Assembly: GCA_964483665.1 (NCBI GenBank)
Contig: CAZACP010000008.1
Span: 1 to 54,967 of the forward strand
Source: an uncultured Candidatus Saccharibacteria bacterium
GTDB taxonomy: Bacteria; Patescibacteriota; Doudnabacteria; UBA920
Direction of reading: 5' to 3'
Length of the DNA: 54,967 bases
Part shown: positions 17,193 through 25,899 of the stretch, one piece after another
Position numbering within the stretch: position 1 is the first letter of the stretch
How the letters are laid out: every line of letters starts with the position of its first letter
Position numbers and translations under genes: made by a program
Notes under the pieces: generated by a model
The model's input: only the letters and a program-made list of their open reading frames with translations
Told to the model about the DNA's origin: nothing
Databases searched by the model: none

Positions 17193-18338
17193 TTATGCTT
17201 TTAGTTCCACCTCGCTTGGGGAAACGGGCATTATTACCACGTCAAAACCTTCTTCTCTTAAGCTGGTATAAATTCTATTAAATTCAACTTCTTGCATACG
17301 TTCTTCTGGCGCTTCGGTTAGTAGCGGACGAAGCTGTATTACTGTATTTTCTGGTCCAAACCCCTTTTGTTTAAAAACCTCGGGTCTTATTTCCGTTTCA
17401 TTATTGCACACAAAAGTTAAGGTTGGTTTTCTAACTGTTTTATAGCCTTTATTTATTTGCGCATCCACAATTTGTTGGAACTGCTCAGCTATTTCATTCA
17501 GTGGCAACAATAATTTTTCCATCCTATTTCCTTTATGCTCCTCAGTCTCACCTGGCTTATCCGGTCGTTGATTATACACATGCAAAGCGCGCTTTTCTTC
17601 GTTAGTGCTCTGAGCAGAAACCTGGACACTTATTACCGGCTCCCCATTATAATCTGGACTGCTATAAATATCAGCAACAACCTGCATAGGGGTCTTTCTG
17701 TCTTTATTGACTTTTCCCGCAACAGTAGAAATTCTCACCCTTGAAATTGTGTTGCTAAAATCTTTACAAACCATTTCCAAAATATCTTTTAAATGAGGAT
17801 TAGGAGTCGCGTCACCACTCCCAACAAAAGCAATGCCAAATTTCTTTCCCTCTAGCAAAGGACTAACCTTTTTAGCTTCCCTCAAGCTTTCTTCTATTAA
17901 AAGCCTTATTTCTTTTGGACTTAACTCCTTGGTCTTTTTACCTTCATGTCCTTCTGCGTGAGCCGCAAAAGGACACCCCTTGCAATCATATGGGCATATC
18001 CCCCCCTGCAGGGGTAAAAGCAATGTTGGAGAGTTTTTATCTATATAAGCTTCTATGACAGCCCTTCCGTTTTCGGGATCATTTTTATAATTAAATAGTT
18101 CCCAAGCTGCCTTGGACTTTAAGCTCCTTACCCCTGTATAACCGGCCATAACCGCGGTTGAATAATGCAAATGCTGAACATCCCCTGAGCCAGACCTGGT
18201 TTCTTTTTCGTGCCAGCGCATCAAAACACTGTCATCGATAGAAAATTTTTCTATGGCCTCTTCCCCGTCTTTTAGCTGTATTGTCTCAGAATGCGCTGGG
18301 CTATCGCTAATAATTTTAAATTCTGGATGTTCCTTCAT
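17193..18338 (-). CDS. Radical SAM protein, RlmN/Cfr-like scaffold lacking the catalytic cysteines
   Basis: CPYDCKGC (CxxxCxxC); motif order matches RlmN by eye; start overlaps the rsmE stop. Confidence 0.75.
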   Translation of the reverse strand: MKEHPEFKIISDSPAHSETIQLKDGEEAIEKFSIDDSVLMRWHEKETRSGSGDVQHLHYSTAVMAGYTGVRSLKSKAAWELFNYKNDPENGRAVIEAYIDKNSPTLLLPLQGGICPYDCKGCPFAAHAEGHEGKKTKELSPKEIRLLIEESLREAKKVSPLLEGKKFGIAFVGSGDATPNPHLKDILEMVCKDFSNTISRVRISTVAGKVNKDRKTPMQVVADIYSSPDYNGEPVISVQVSAQSTNEEKRALHVYNQRPDKPGETEEHKGNRMEKLLLPLNEIAEQFQQIVDAQINKGYKTVRKPTLTFVCNNETEIRPEVFKQKGFGPENTVIQLRPLLTEAPEERMQEVEFNRIYTSLREEGFDVVIMPVSPSEVELKA

Positions 18339-19057
18339 TGGTTTAAAAAATTACTTATAATGCTTAAGCTCGACAACGCGGCGGTTTCGGCTCTTAAAAG
18401 TATAGGACCTAAAGTTATTGGCGTGCAGTTAGGAAGCTTTTTAAAACCACCCACCTCCTCTACTGTAAAGCCACCTTCCGGACCCACAGCGATTGAACAA
18501 GATTTAAATGATTGATCAAGATTTTTTGGTGACTGTCCGGCAATGTCACAAAGAAACAATTGACCGTATTCTTTTGAAGATTTTATTACATCATCGACGC
18601 TCTTTAGATACTCCAATTCTGGTGGATGAACACGGTCGCTTTGTTTGGCTGCTTCCCAAAGAATTTTTTGCCAGCGGTCGTTCTTTTTTTTAAAAAGTTC
18701 TTCGGTTAATTTAGTAGCTGTGTTTTGAGAGTTAAACAAAATTATTTTATGTGCGCCAAGCTCGGTAGATTTTTGGAATATAAAGTCCAAGGCTTTTTCA
18801 TTAACATAGCCTTGAAACAGAGTAATTTTAACCTTTGGTTCCGGCGGCGTTTTTATTTCGCTAAAGGCTTTTAATTTCAAAGAATATCTATCTATATCTA
18901 TAATTTCTACCAAATATCTTTTCTCGTCTTTCCCCTGCAAATTAAATTTTTCGCCCTTCTTCATTCTGCGGGCAAGCAAAATATGCCTGGCCTCATCGCC
19001 AGACAATTCAACACTTGCTCCTTCTGCTAGCTTTTGATCTGTTAAAAAATAAGACAC
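18335..19057 (-). CDS. rsmE: 16S rRNA m3U1498 methyltransferase RsmE
   Basis: EARHILLARR, QKSTELG, EAAKQS, VGPEGGF, LGPILLRAETA. Confidence 0.95.
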   Translation of the reverse strand: MSYFLTDQKLAEGASVELSGDEARHILLARRMKKGEKFNLQGKDEKRYLVEIIDIDRYSLKLKAFSEIKTPPEPKVKITLFQGYVNEKALDFIFQKSTELGAHKIILFNSQNTATKLTEELFKKKNDRWQKILWEAAKQSDRVHPPELEYLKSVDDVIKSSKEYGQLFLCDIAGQSPKNLDQSFKSCSIAVGPEGGFTVEEVGGFKKLPNCTPITLGPILLRAETAALSSLSIISNFLNQ

Positions 19058-19127
19058 GAGAATTATGAATTAGCAAATATATAAGAATGACAAGAATATA
19101 ACTGCGTTTTTATTTTTGATCATTTCT

Positions 19128-19433
19128 TTAATATTCAACTTGTATTGCAAACACCGCGGTCGAGCCTAAAAATTGATTTAGGGCGTAAATTATTCGCTGT
19201 GACAAGACTTTTATTTGGTACGCGACCTCTTTGCTTAAACAGGCCACCAAAAGCACGCCTTTTTCAAAATGTATAGCTTTGCTAGTTTCGGCCGCCTCAG
19301 ATACAAAAGCCCTAACAATGTCTTGCCAGGCTTTTAAAAGCTGGTGTTTTCTAACTGCGGCATCAAGCTTATAATTTTTTGAAGTGGTTTTTAAAACCTT
19401 TTCGATTTTTGTAAATTTGTGGTAGGAAGACAT
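19128..19433 (-). CDS. dciA: DUF721/DciA-family protein
   Basis: WQDIV...KGVLLVACLS..AYQIK pattern; position next to recF. Confidence 0.75.
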   Translation of the reverse strand: MSSYHKFTKIEKVLKTTSKNYKLDAAVRKHQLLKAWQDIVRAFVSEAAETSKAIHFEKGVLLVACLSKEVAYQIKVLSQRIIYALNQFLGSTAVFAIQVEY

Positions 19434-19459
19434 ATTTTTATTTTTGGCGGGTAATTTTT

Positions 19460-20551
19460 TTAAGCCACCTCTTCGCTTTCTAATGCAGGGCTTAGCGTAA
19501 CATGCTGGGCCGGCATTTCAAGCGGGTGGGTAGTGGTAATAAATGTTTGAAATTTATTTTGTAAAAACTTTAACAAAAAGGTTCTTCTCGTATCGTCTAA
19601 CTCGGAAAGCACATCGTCTAAAAGCAAAATCGGTTTTTCGTCCCCTTGGCTTAAATATTCTAGTTCTAAAACTTTCATGGCTAACACTTGGCTTCTTAGT
19701 TCCCCCCGGGAGGAAAATGGCGACAAATAAAGTCCCTCGCTCTGTAAATAAAAATCATCCCTATGAGGCCCCACCAGACATGTGGCGGCAAGTCGTTCTT
19801 TTGGCAAAGCTTTTTCCAATTTTAATTTAAAAGCAGTAGAAATTTCCTCCAAGGTCTCTCCCGGCAAAGACTGGTACACAACTTCAACCGGCCTATGAAA
19901 ACCGGAAATTAAAGAATAAATTTCTGCTATGCGGTTGTTTAAATAATCACAAAATGTTTTTCTTTCTTTTATTATCCTGCTGCCCAAAACCACCATTTGT
20001 TCGTTCCAGGACAAAAGCTCCTGCTCACTTCCACCTATCCCGGACCGCAAATTTTGCAAAATTTTGTTCTTATAAAACATGGCTTTTTTGTACTCGCCCA
20101 AATCTTCCAAGTACTGCGGATTCTTTTGTGACAAAACCATGTTCAAATATTTTCGCCTGCCCTCGGGTTGCTTGGTAAACATATCCACGTCGGTAGGTTC
20201 AAAAATCACCACCCTAACAAACCCTTGGGCTTCGGCTTTTCGTTTTTTTACTCCGTCTACCAAAAAATTCGCGTAAATTTTTTCCCGTTTTTCCAAAAAA
20301 ACTTTTATAATATGGCTTTCCCCGCCTTTTTCCACCTCAAACTCCACTTCGGAATTTTGGGTTTCTTTTAGAAAAATAAATTCATTATCATCCCTAAAAG
20401 ATTTAAACAAAGAGGCAAAATAAACAGATTCTAAAAGATTAGTCTTCCCAACAGCGTTAGGCCCGGAAAGCACCACAGTAGTGCTGTTAATTTCCAGATC
20501 CAAATCCGGATAATTGCGAAAGTTTTTTAATTTTATTCTTGTTATTTTCAT
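19460..20551 (-). CDS. recF: DNA replication/repair protein RecF
   Basis: KNFRNY, GPNAVGKTNLLES, GPHRDD, SRGELRS, LLLDDVLSELD; start moved to MKIT. Confidence 0.95.
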   Translation of the reverse strand: MKITRIKLKNFRNYPDLDLEINSTTVVLSGPNAVGKTNLLESVYFASLFKSFRDDNEFIFLKETQNSEVEFEVEKGGESHIIKVFLEKREKIYANFLVDGVKKRKAEAQGFVRVVIFEPTDVDMFTKQPEGRRKYLNMVLSQKNPQYLEDLGEYKKAMFYKNKILQNLRSGIGGSEQELLSWNEQMVVLGSRIIKERKTFCDYLNNRIAEIYSLISGFHRPVEVVYQSLPGETLEEISTAFKLKLEKALPKERLAATCLVGPHRDDFYLQSEGLYLSPFSSRGELRSQVLAMKVLELEYLSQGDEKPILLLDDVLSELDDTRRTFLLKFLQNKFQTFITTTHPLEMPAQHVTLSPALESEEVA

Positions 20552-20640
20552 AAAATCACAGAGCGCCACGGAAGCAATAACTGATATCACGGAACATACT
20601 AATTGCGATCCGTGTAATCTGTAAATATCCGTGCTTTTCT
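20552..20640. repeat. CACGGA/TCCGTG arm hairpin between dnaN and recF
   Basis: cacagag..cacggaa..cacggaa versus atccgtg..atctgta..atccgtg. Confidence 0.7.
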
Positions 20641-20646
20641 GTATTA

Positions 20647-21744
20647 TTAATTTTTTATCGGCATTACCAAATATACATAATCCTGCTGGCCTTCGGGCAA
20701 AATTAAAGCAGGTGAATTATCGTCTATTATTTTAATATTAATCTTATCTACATCCAGGGCATTTAAGCAATCAAGTACATAATGGAAGTTTAAAAGCAGT
20801 TGCCCCGGTTCCCCACCCACTTCCGCGGGGATTACCACCTGACTACTGCCGACATCTGCGGACTCTGACGACAATTGTATTTTTCCGCCCTCATAACCAA
20901 ACACCACACTGCTTCCGGCCTGGCTGAAAATTCCACCGGCTTTAAGCGCGCTAACCAAGGGCTTTTTCTCTACTTGTATGTTAACCTTAAAATCTGTGGG
21001 GATAATTTGCTGATAGTCGGGGTATTGGCCGTCTACCAATCTGCTTATGATTTGGGTTTGATTTATATCAAAGCTAATTTGGTTCTGGTTTACAATTATT
21101 TCCACATTCGCTTCAGGTGTTAGGTTACCAACTATTCTAGACAGTTCCTGAGCGGTTTTTTGGGGAACAATCACTATTTGTTCCTGCTCGGATTTTTTTT
21201 CTAAAACAACTTTCTTTTCAGCCAGCCTGTACCGGTCAGTAGCCGCAATCTTTAGTTCCTTTCCAAAGTAAAACATAATACCGGATATTTCCGGCTGGGT
21301 TTGATTATTAGAAGCCGCAAAAATAACCTGGTCCAGCGCTTTTTTTAATTCTTTTCCCGAAACTACAATGGTGTTATTTTTTTCTATTTGTGGAATTAAT
21401 GGAAAATCTTCCGCGGGAAGGGTTTTTATCGAAGTGTGATAACTTTCAGTTTCAATTTTTAGTTCTCCCGGCTTGGTTTCTAAACTTAGGTTGGTATTAG
21501 GAAGATTACTAACTAAATCGCTAAAAGTTTTTGCATAGACAGTTACCTCACCTTCTTCTTCAATCTTACACCTTATTTGAGTGGTTATTGCTATTTCTAA
21601 GTTAGTTGAAGAAATTTTGAGTTGACCATGTTCGGTTTTTAATAAAAAGTTATTTAGTACAGGTAATGTATTACTAGGAGATATTATTCTTCCTGTAGTC
21701 AGTAGTCCGTTTTTTAAGTTTTCTTGCGTGCAAATTACCTTCAT
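20647..21744 (-). CDS. dnaN: DNA polymerase III beta sliding clamp
   Basis: STNLEIAI, ATDRYRL, LVDGQYPDYQQIIP, YLVMPIK. Confidence 0.97.
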   Translation of the reverse strand: MKVICTQENLKNGLLTTGRIISPSNTLPVLNNFLLKTEHGQLKISSTNLEIAITTQIRCKIEEEGEVTVYAKTFSDLVSNLPNTNLSLETKPGELKIETESYHTSIKTLPAEDFPLIPQIEKNNTIVVSGKELKKALDQVIFAASNNQTQPEISGIMFYFGKELKIAATDRYRLAEKKVVLEKKSEQEQIVIVPQKTAQELSRIVGNLTPEANVEIIVNQNQISFDINQTQIISRLVDGQYPDYQQIIPTDFKVNIQVEKKPLVSALKAGGIFSQAGSSVVFGYEGGKIQLSSESADVGSSQVVIPAEVGGEPGQLLLNFHYVLDCLNALDVDKINIKIIDDNSPALILPEGQQDYVYLVMPIKN

Positions 21745-21958
21745 ATAAGTAATATAAATTATAAAAAATTAATAACAGTAATAAAGCTTGTGAAAAAGGG
21801 GATAAAGTTTAAAAGGGTTAACTATAAAGCGCTGAATAAGATTTTTATTATTGTCTTGTTGTGGAAAAGGCTAGGGAAAAGTATGGGTAAGTTACTTGTT
21901 GTGTACCTTAAAGAAAATTTGTTGTGAACACAAGAAGTAAAAATTACTTTTTCCAACA
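21745..21958. promoter_or_regulatory. Probable oriC (dnaA-dnaN spacer) with DnaA boxes
   Basis: TGTGAAAAA 21789-21797 and TGTGGAAAA 21860-21868 fit TTWTNCACA; several degenerate boxes; AT-rich. Confidence 0.7.
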
Positions 21959-23317
21959 CTACATAAACACCTTATCCATAATTAAATTTATTTCCTGCTT
22001 AAAATTATCCTTATCTTTTGTTAATAATGATATTTTTTCCACAGCGTGCATAACTGTTGTGTGGTCTCTGCCGCCAAAGAAATCCCCAATAGAAGGGAAA
22101 GAGCTATCTAGTTCTTTTCGTATTAAATACATGGCAATCTGCCTCGGTTTAACATATTCTTTTTTTCTCGACTGTTTTATTAGGTCGTCCATACTAATGT
22201 TGTAAAATTCTGCCACAGCTTCGGCAATTTTTCGCGCTGATGTCACTCTTTTTTTGGTGCCAATAATGCTGCCAAGAATGTTTTTTGCCTGTTCTAATAA
22301 AAGCCCTCTGTTTTGCATTTGTTGGTAAACAGCCAGCTTATTTAAGGCTCCCTCAAGCTCTCTTACGTTGCTTTGTATGTTTTCGGCAATATAAAAAAGA
22401 ATGGGTTCTTCTAAAGAAGTGCCGCGTTTTTCCATTTTTGTCCGAAGTATTGCCATGCGGGTTTCAAGGTCCGGCACCTGAATGTCTACCAACATGCCCC
22501 ATTCAAAGCGGCTGACCAAGCGTTGCTCAATAGAGGGTATGTCCTTTGGGGGTCTGTCAGAAGTAATAATAATTTGCTTGCCTTTGTCCCTAAGTTCGTT
22601 AAAAGTATGGAAAAATTCTTCCTGGGTCTGTTCTTTTCCGGCAATAAATTGTACATCGTCAATTAAAAGAGCGTCTAGGTTTCTATAGAACTTTTTAAAT
22701 TCTTCAATCCGCTTTTCTTTGAGCGCGTCTATGTAGTCATTCGTAAACTTTTCACTCGACGCGTAGAAAATTTTTGCCTTTGGGTTAGCTTTTAAAAGTT
22801 CGTGGCCAACCCCGTGCATTAAATGGGTTTTTCCCAAACCCACTCCCCCATATATAAACAGCGGGTTGTATTGGCCGCCCGGACTTTTTGCTACCGCTTG
22901 GCTTGCGGCATGGGCGAGTTCGCTATTTTTCCCGACAATAAAGGTTTCAAACGTGTATTTTGGATTAAGCCCGTTTGGGTTTTGGGTATTTTCGGTGTAA
23001 TTCTGCGCGTTTGTTTCTTGTGGTTTCGTGGCAGATTTTGTATTTTGGCCTTGGTTTGTGGGCAAATGGCCTAATTGTCCCACCTGGTATTTTACTTCTT
23101 TGATTTCCGGGGCAAGCGACTTAAGCGCCTTGAGCATTTCTTGGTGATATTTGTTATGAATCCAGTTTTTATGGAATAGGTCGGGAACATTTACTGTTAT
23201 GTGGTAGTCCCCTTTTTCTATTATGCTGGTATTTTTAAACCAAGTATTAAAATTGGCTTTACTAAGCGAAATTTCTAGATGGCCTAAAATTGCTTGCCAG
23301 AGTTGTTGATTTGTCAT
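21959..23317 (-). CDS. dnaA: Chromosomal replication initiator DnaA
   Basis: YNPLFIYGGVGLGKTHL, LLIDDVQF, RLVSRFEWG, GGRDHTTVMHA. Confidence 0.99.
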   Translation of the reverse strand: MTNQQLWQAILGHLEISLSKANFNTWFKNTSIIEKGDYHITVNVPDLFHKNWIHNKYHQEMLKALKSLAPEIKEVKYQVGQLGHLPTNQGQNTKSATKPQETNAQNYTENTQNPNGLNPKYTFETFIVGKNSELAHAASQAVAKSPGGQYNPLFIYGGVGLGKTHLMHGVGHELLKANPKAKIFYASSEKFTNDYIDALKEKRIEEFKKFYRNLDALLIDDVQFIAGKEQTQEEFFHTFNELRDKGKQIIITSDRPPKDIPSIEQRLVSRFEWGMLVDIQVPDLETRMAILRTKMEKRGTSLEEPILFYIAENIQSNVRELEGALNKLAVYQQMQNRGLLLEQAKNILGSIIGTKKRVTSARKIAEAVAEFYNISMDDLIKQSRKKEYVKPRQIAMYLIRKELDSSFPSIGDFFGGRDHTTVMHAVEKISLLTKDKDNFKQEINLIMDKVFM

Positions 23318-23560
23318 TTGTAAAAAAAGAAGTTAGTAGTTTTTATTTCGTTAGCAGGATTAAGGTCAAATGTATGCAACTATTATTTTAATAGTTTAGC
23401 AGTGAGTTATCAACATGTAAAATTGCCATTTTTCCTCATAAATAAGCAGGCAAATAATTTTTATGTTAATAAGGTGTGGAAAACGTGTGCCTTTAGACCA
23501 AACCCGACTTCCCAAGGGTACAAAATTGACTAAAATGCTTAATTTCTGTAAAATAAGGAA
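23318..23560. promoter_or_regulatory. dnaA upstream region with DnaA box
   Basis: TGTGGAAAA 23475-23483; GTTATCAACA near 23406. Confidence 0.5.
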
Positions 23561-23574
23561 AGTTAAAAATTAAT

Positions 23575-23690
23575 ATCGCTGACAACACAGACTATTACCG
23601 AAGTACACGGACTTGTTTTATAAAGACTTACGATAATTTTAAAGTAAGCTTATATTATTATCGATCCGTGCCACTCGGTGAATATCAGTG
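23575..23690 (+). repeat. Long imperfect hairpin (CACGGA/TCCGTG family) in the rpmH leader
   Basis: cgctga/tcagtg, accgaagt/actcggt, cacgga/tccgtg and cttac/gtaag nested pairings. Confidence 0.55.
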
Positions 23691-23708
23691 TTTCTCTGTT
23701 TTCTTAAT

Positions 23709-23843
23709 ATGAAAAGAACCTATCAGCCAAAAAAATTACGTCGCCTACGCAGGCATGGTTTTAGGGCAAAAATGAAGACTAACGCAGGGCGGAATGTTAT
23801 AAAAAGCCGCAGAAGCAAGGGTCGAAAAAAACTGGCTTTATAA
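23709..23843 (+). CDS. rpmH: 50S ribosomal protein L34
   Basis: [44 protein letters not shown]; below the ORF-track size cutoff. Confidence 0.97.
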   Translation: MKRTYQPKKLRRLRRHGFRAKMKTNAGRNVIKSRRSKGRKKLAL

Positions 23844-23946
23844 GTTTGGTGTTTAGAGAAAAAAGCCAGTAAGGATTAGGCAGATTTTATTTCAATTAAT
23901 GTTCAATCCGGCAATTTAAAGTTAGGATTGAAAATCAATTACGGGT

Positions 23947-24285
23947 ATGTTAAAAAAGACTAACCGCCTAGCAAAAACCACCGCAGTTCAAGCGGTGTTA
24001 AAAGCAGGGCGGGGTTTTTTTAACCAGGAATTTAACCTCAGATTTCAAAGAAAAGACCAGGGAGAAACCAGAATTACTGTGGTGATATCAACAAAGGTAG
24101 ACAAGCGGGCGGTTAAACGCAATAGGCTAAAAAGAATAATTCGGGAATTTGTTCGCCAGAATTTAAATGTTTTGGCTTTGGGCGATTATGTAATAATGTT
24201 AAAACCCTCGGCTGTTAAAATTTCTGAAGACAGGTTAATGGAAAATATAGAAACCGCTTTTAAAAAATGGAAGTTACTTAAATAA
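23947..24285 (+). CDS. rnpA: RNase P protein component
   Basis: KVDKRAVKRNRLKRIIRE (RNR motif); synteny. Confidence 0.95.
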   Translation: MLKKTNRLAKTTAVQAVLKAGRGFFNQEFNLRFQRKDQGETRITVVISTKVDKRAVKRNRLKRIIREFVRQNLNVLALGDYVIMLKPSAVKISEDRLMENIETAFKKWKLLK

Positions 24286-24286
24286 T

Positions 24287-24565
24287 ATGGGAAAAATAAT
24301 AAAATTTGTAGCAAAAATCCCCAGCCGGGTAGCGGTGGAATTTATTAATCTGTACCAAAAAACATTATCCCCTGACCACGGCTGGTTAAAACTCAGATTT
24401 CCTCATGGCTATTGCAAATTTTATCCTTCCTGCAGCGAATATAGTAAGCAGGCCATAACAAAGCACGGGCTTATAAAGGGGGGTTTTATGGGGTTATTAA
24501 GAATTGTAAAATGCAACCCGTTTAGCGAACCAAAAATCGACTCGGTCCCTAAGTACAATCACTAA
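24287..24565 (+). CDS. yidD: Membrane protein insertion efficiency factor YidD
   Basis: CKFYPSCSEY, RIVKCNPF. Confidence 0.95.
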   Translation: MGKIIKFVAKIPSRVAVEFINLYQKTLSPDHGWLKLRFPHGYCKFYPSCSEYSKQAITKHGLIKGGFMGLLRIVKCNPFSEPKIDSVPKYNH

Positions 24566-24591
24566 TTAGTTTTGCATCAAAAAATTTATTT

Positions 24592-25314
24592 ATGTTTTCT
24601 AATCTTTACCATACAATAATTTACTACCCTCTCTTAAACCTTTTGGTATTTTTTTACAATATCCTGCCCGGACACGATATGGGTATTGTAATTATTGTTG
24701 TGACTGTGGTTATAAGGCTGTTGCTTGCGCCTTCCTTTCATAAGTCTTTAAAAAGCCAAAAGGCCATGAACGACTTGCAACCCAAGCTTGCCCAACTCAG
24801 GCAGCAGCATAAAGGCAATAAAGAGGCTGAGGCTAAAGCCATGATGGAGCTTTACAAAGAGCATAAAATAAACCCATTTTCTTCCTGCTTGCCCCTGCTT
24901 TTACAATTGCCTATATTAATTGGTTTGTACCAGGTTTTTAACGCTGCCTTGGGACACAATGAAATTACCGGGCTATACAATTTTGTTAAGGCGCCAGAGA
25001 ACATTAGCCCGTATTTTTTGGGGTTAGTTGATCTTTCTAAGCCTTCTTGGATTTTCGGAGTTATTGCCGGTGCTTCCCAGTTTTGGCAGTCAAAAATGAT
25101 GCTGGCAAAAGCCTCTCCTTCCGACGACCCGACAGCAAAAATGATGCAGGCGCAAACTACATATATTTTGCCGCTTTTAAGCGTATTTATTGCTCTTAAG
25201 CTTCCTGCCGGGTTGCCGCTTTACTGGATAGTAACCACCCTCTTTGCAATTGGTCAGCAATATTATATAATCCGTAAACAGAAGACAGAAGTAATAGTAG
25301 TAGATAGTAAGTAG
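24592..25314 (+). CDS. yidC: Membrane protein insertase YidC/Oxa1
   Basis: LQPKL, SCLPLLLQLPIL, GLPLYW. Confidence 0.95.
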   Translation: MFSNLYHTIIYYPLLNLLVFFYNILPGHDMGIVIIVVTVVIRLLLAPSFHKSLKSQKAMNDLQPKLAQLRQQHKGNKEAEAKAMMELYKEHKINPFSSCLPLLLQLPILIGLYQVFNAALGHNEITGLYNFVKAPENISPYFLGLVDLSKPSWIFGVIAGASQFWQSKMMLAKASPSDDPTAKMMQAQTTYILPLLSVFIALKLPAGLPLYWIVTTLFAIGQQYYIIRKQKTEVIVVDSK

Positions 25315-25382
25315 CGTTTAGCCAAACAAGCGGGGTTATTCCTGCCGGCTACTTACTACCAACCACTCACTACCAACTAGCA
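25305..25382 (+). repeat. TAGT/ACTA arm hairpin between yidC and jag
   Basis: tagtaagtagc (25305-15) pairs perfectly with gctacttacta (25348-58). Confidence 0.75.
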
Positions 25383-25383
25383 A

Positions 25384-25857
25384 ATGACCGACTATTCCCA
25401 CATAGAACAGATAAAAGAACTTATTGAGGGCTTTTTAAGAGCCGCGGGTTTTGAGTCCGCGGTTTCTTATGAAGAAAGCGTGACTAAGGGTTTGGTTTTT
25501 AATATAGCTGCTTCGCGCGACTCCTATTTGCTTATAGGCAGGCAAGGTTTAACTTTGCATGCCATGCAGACCCTGCTTCAGGCAATGGCTTCAAAAAAGT
25601 TTGCGGGTTCTGCCCCGGTCTATTTTACTTTGGACGTGGACGACTACAAAATGAAGAGCGAATGGTTCTTAAAAGAAACCGCCCGCGGCGCGGTGGAGCA
25701 GTTAAAAAAGACCGGCAGGGCCCAGGCCTTAGAGCCTATGCCAAACTACGAGCGAAGAATTGTACATGCTTACCTGCAGGAGCATGCGCCCGAAGTTTTT
25801 TCCGAAAGCGTAGACGAAGAGCCTTACAGACGAATAGTTATTAGGCTAAAAAAATAG
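25384..25857 (+). CDS. jag: Jag/KhpB-like KH-R3H RNA-binding protein
   Basis: LIGRQGLTLHAMQ, LDVDDYK, PMPNYERRIVH (R3H). Confidence 0.88.
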   Translation: MTDYSHIEQIKELIEGFLRAAGFESAVSYEESVTKGLVFNIAASRDSYLLIGRQGLTLHAMQTLLQAMASKKFAGSAPVYFTLDVDDYKMKSEWFLKETARGAVEQLKKTGRAQALEPMPNYERRIVHAYLQEHAPEVFSESVDEEPYRRIVIRLKK

Positions 25858-25899
25858 AAAAAAACACAAGAACACTATCGATAGTTAGCAGTTTTTTGC

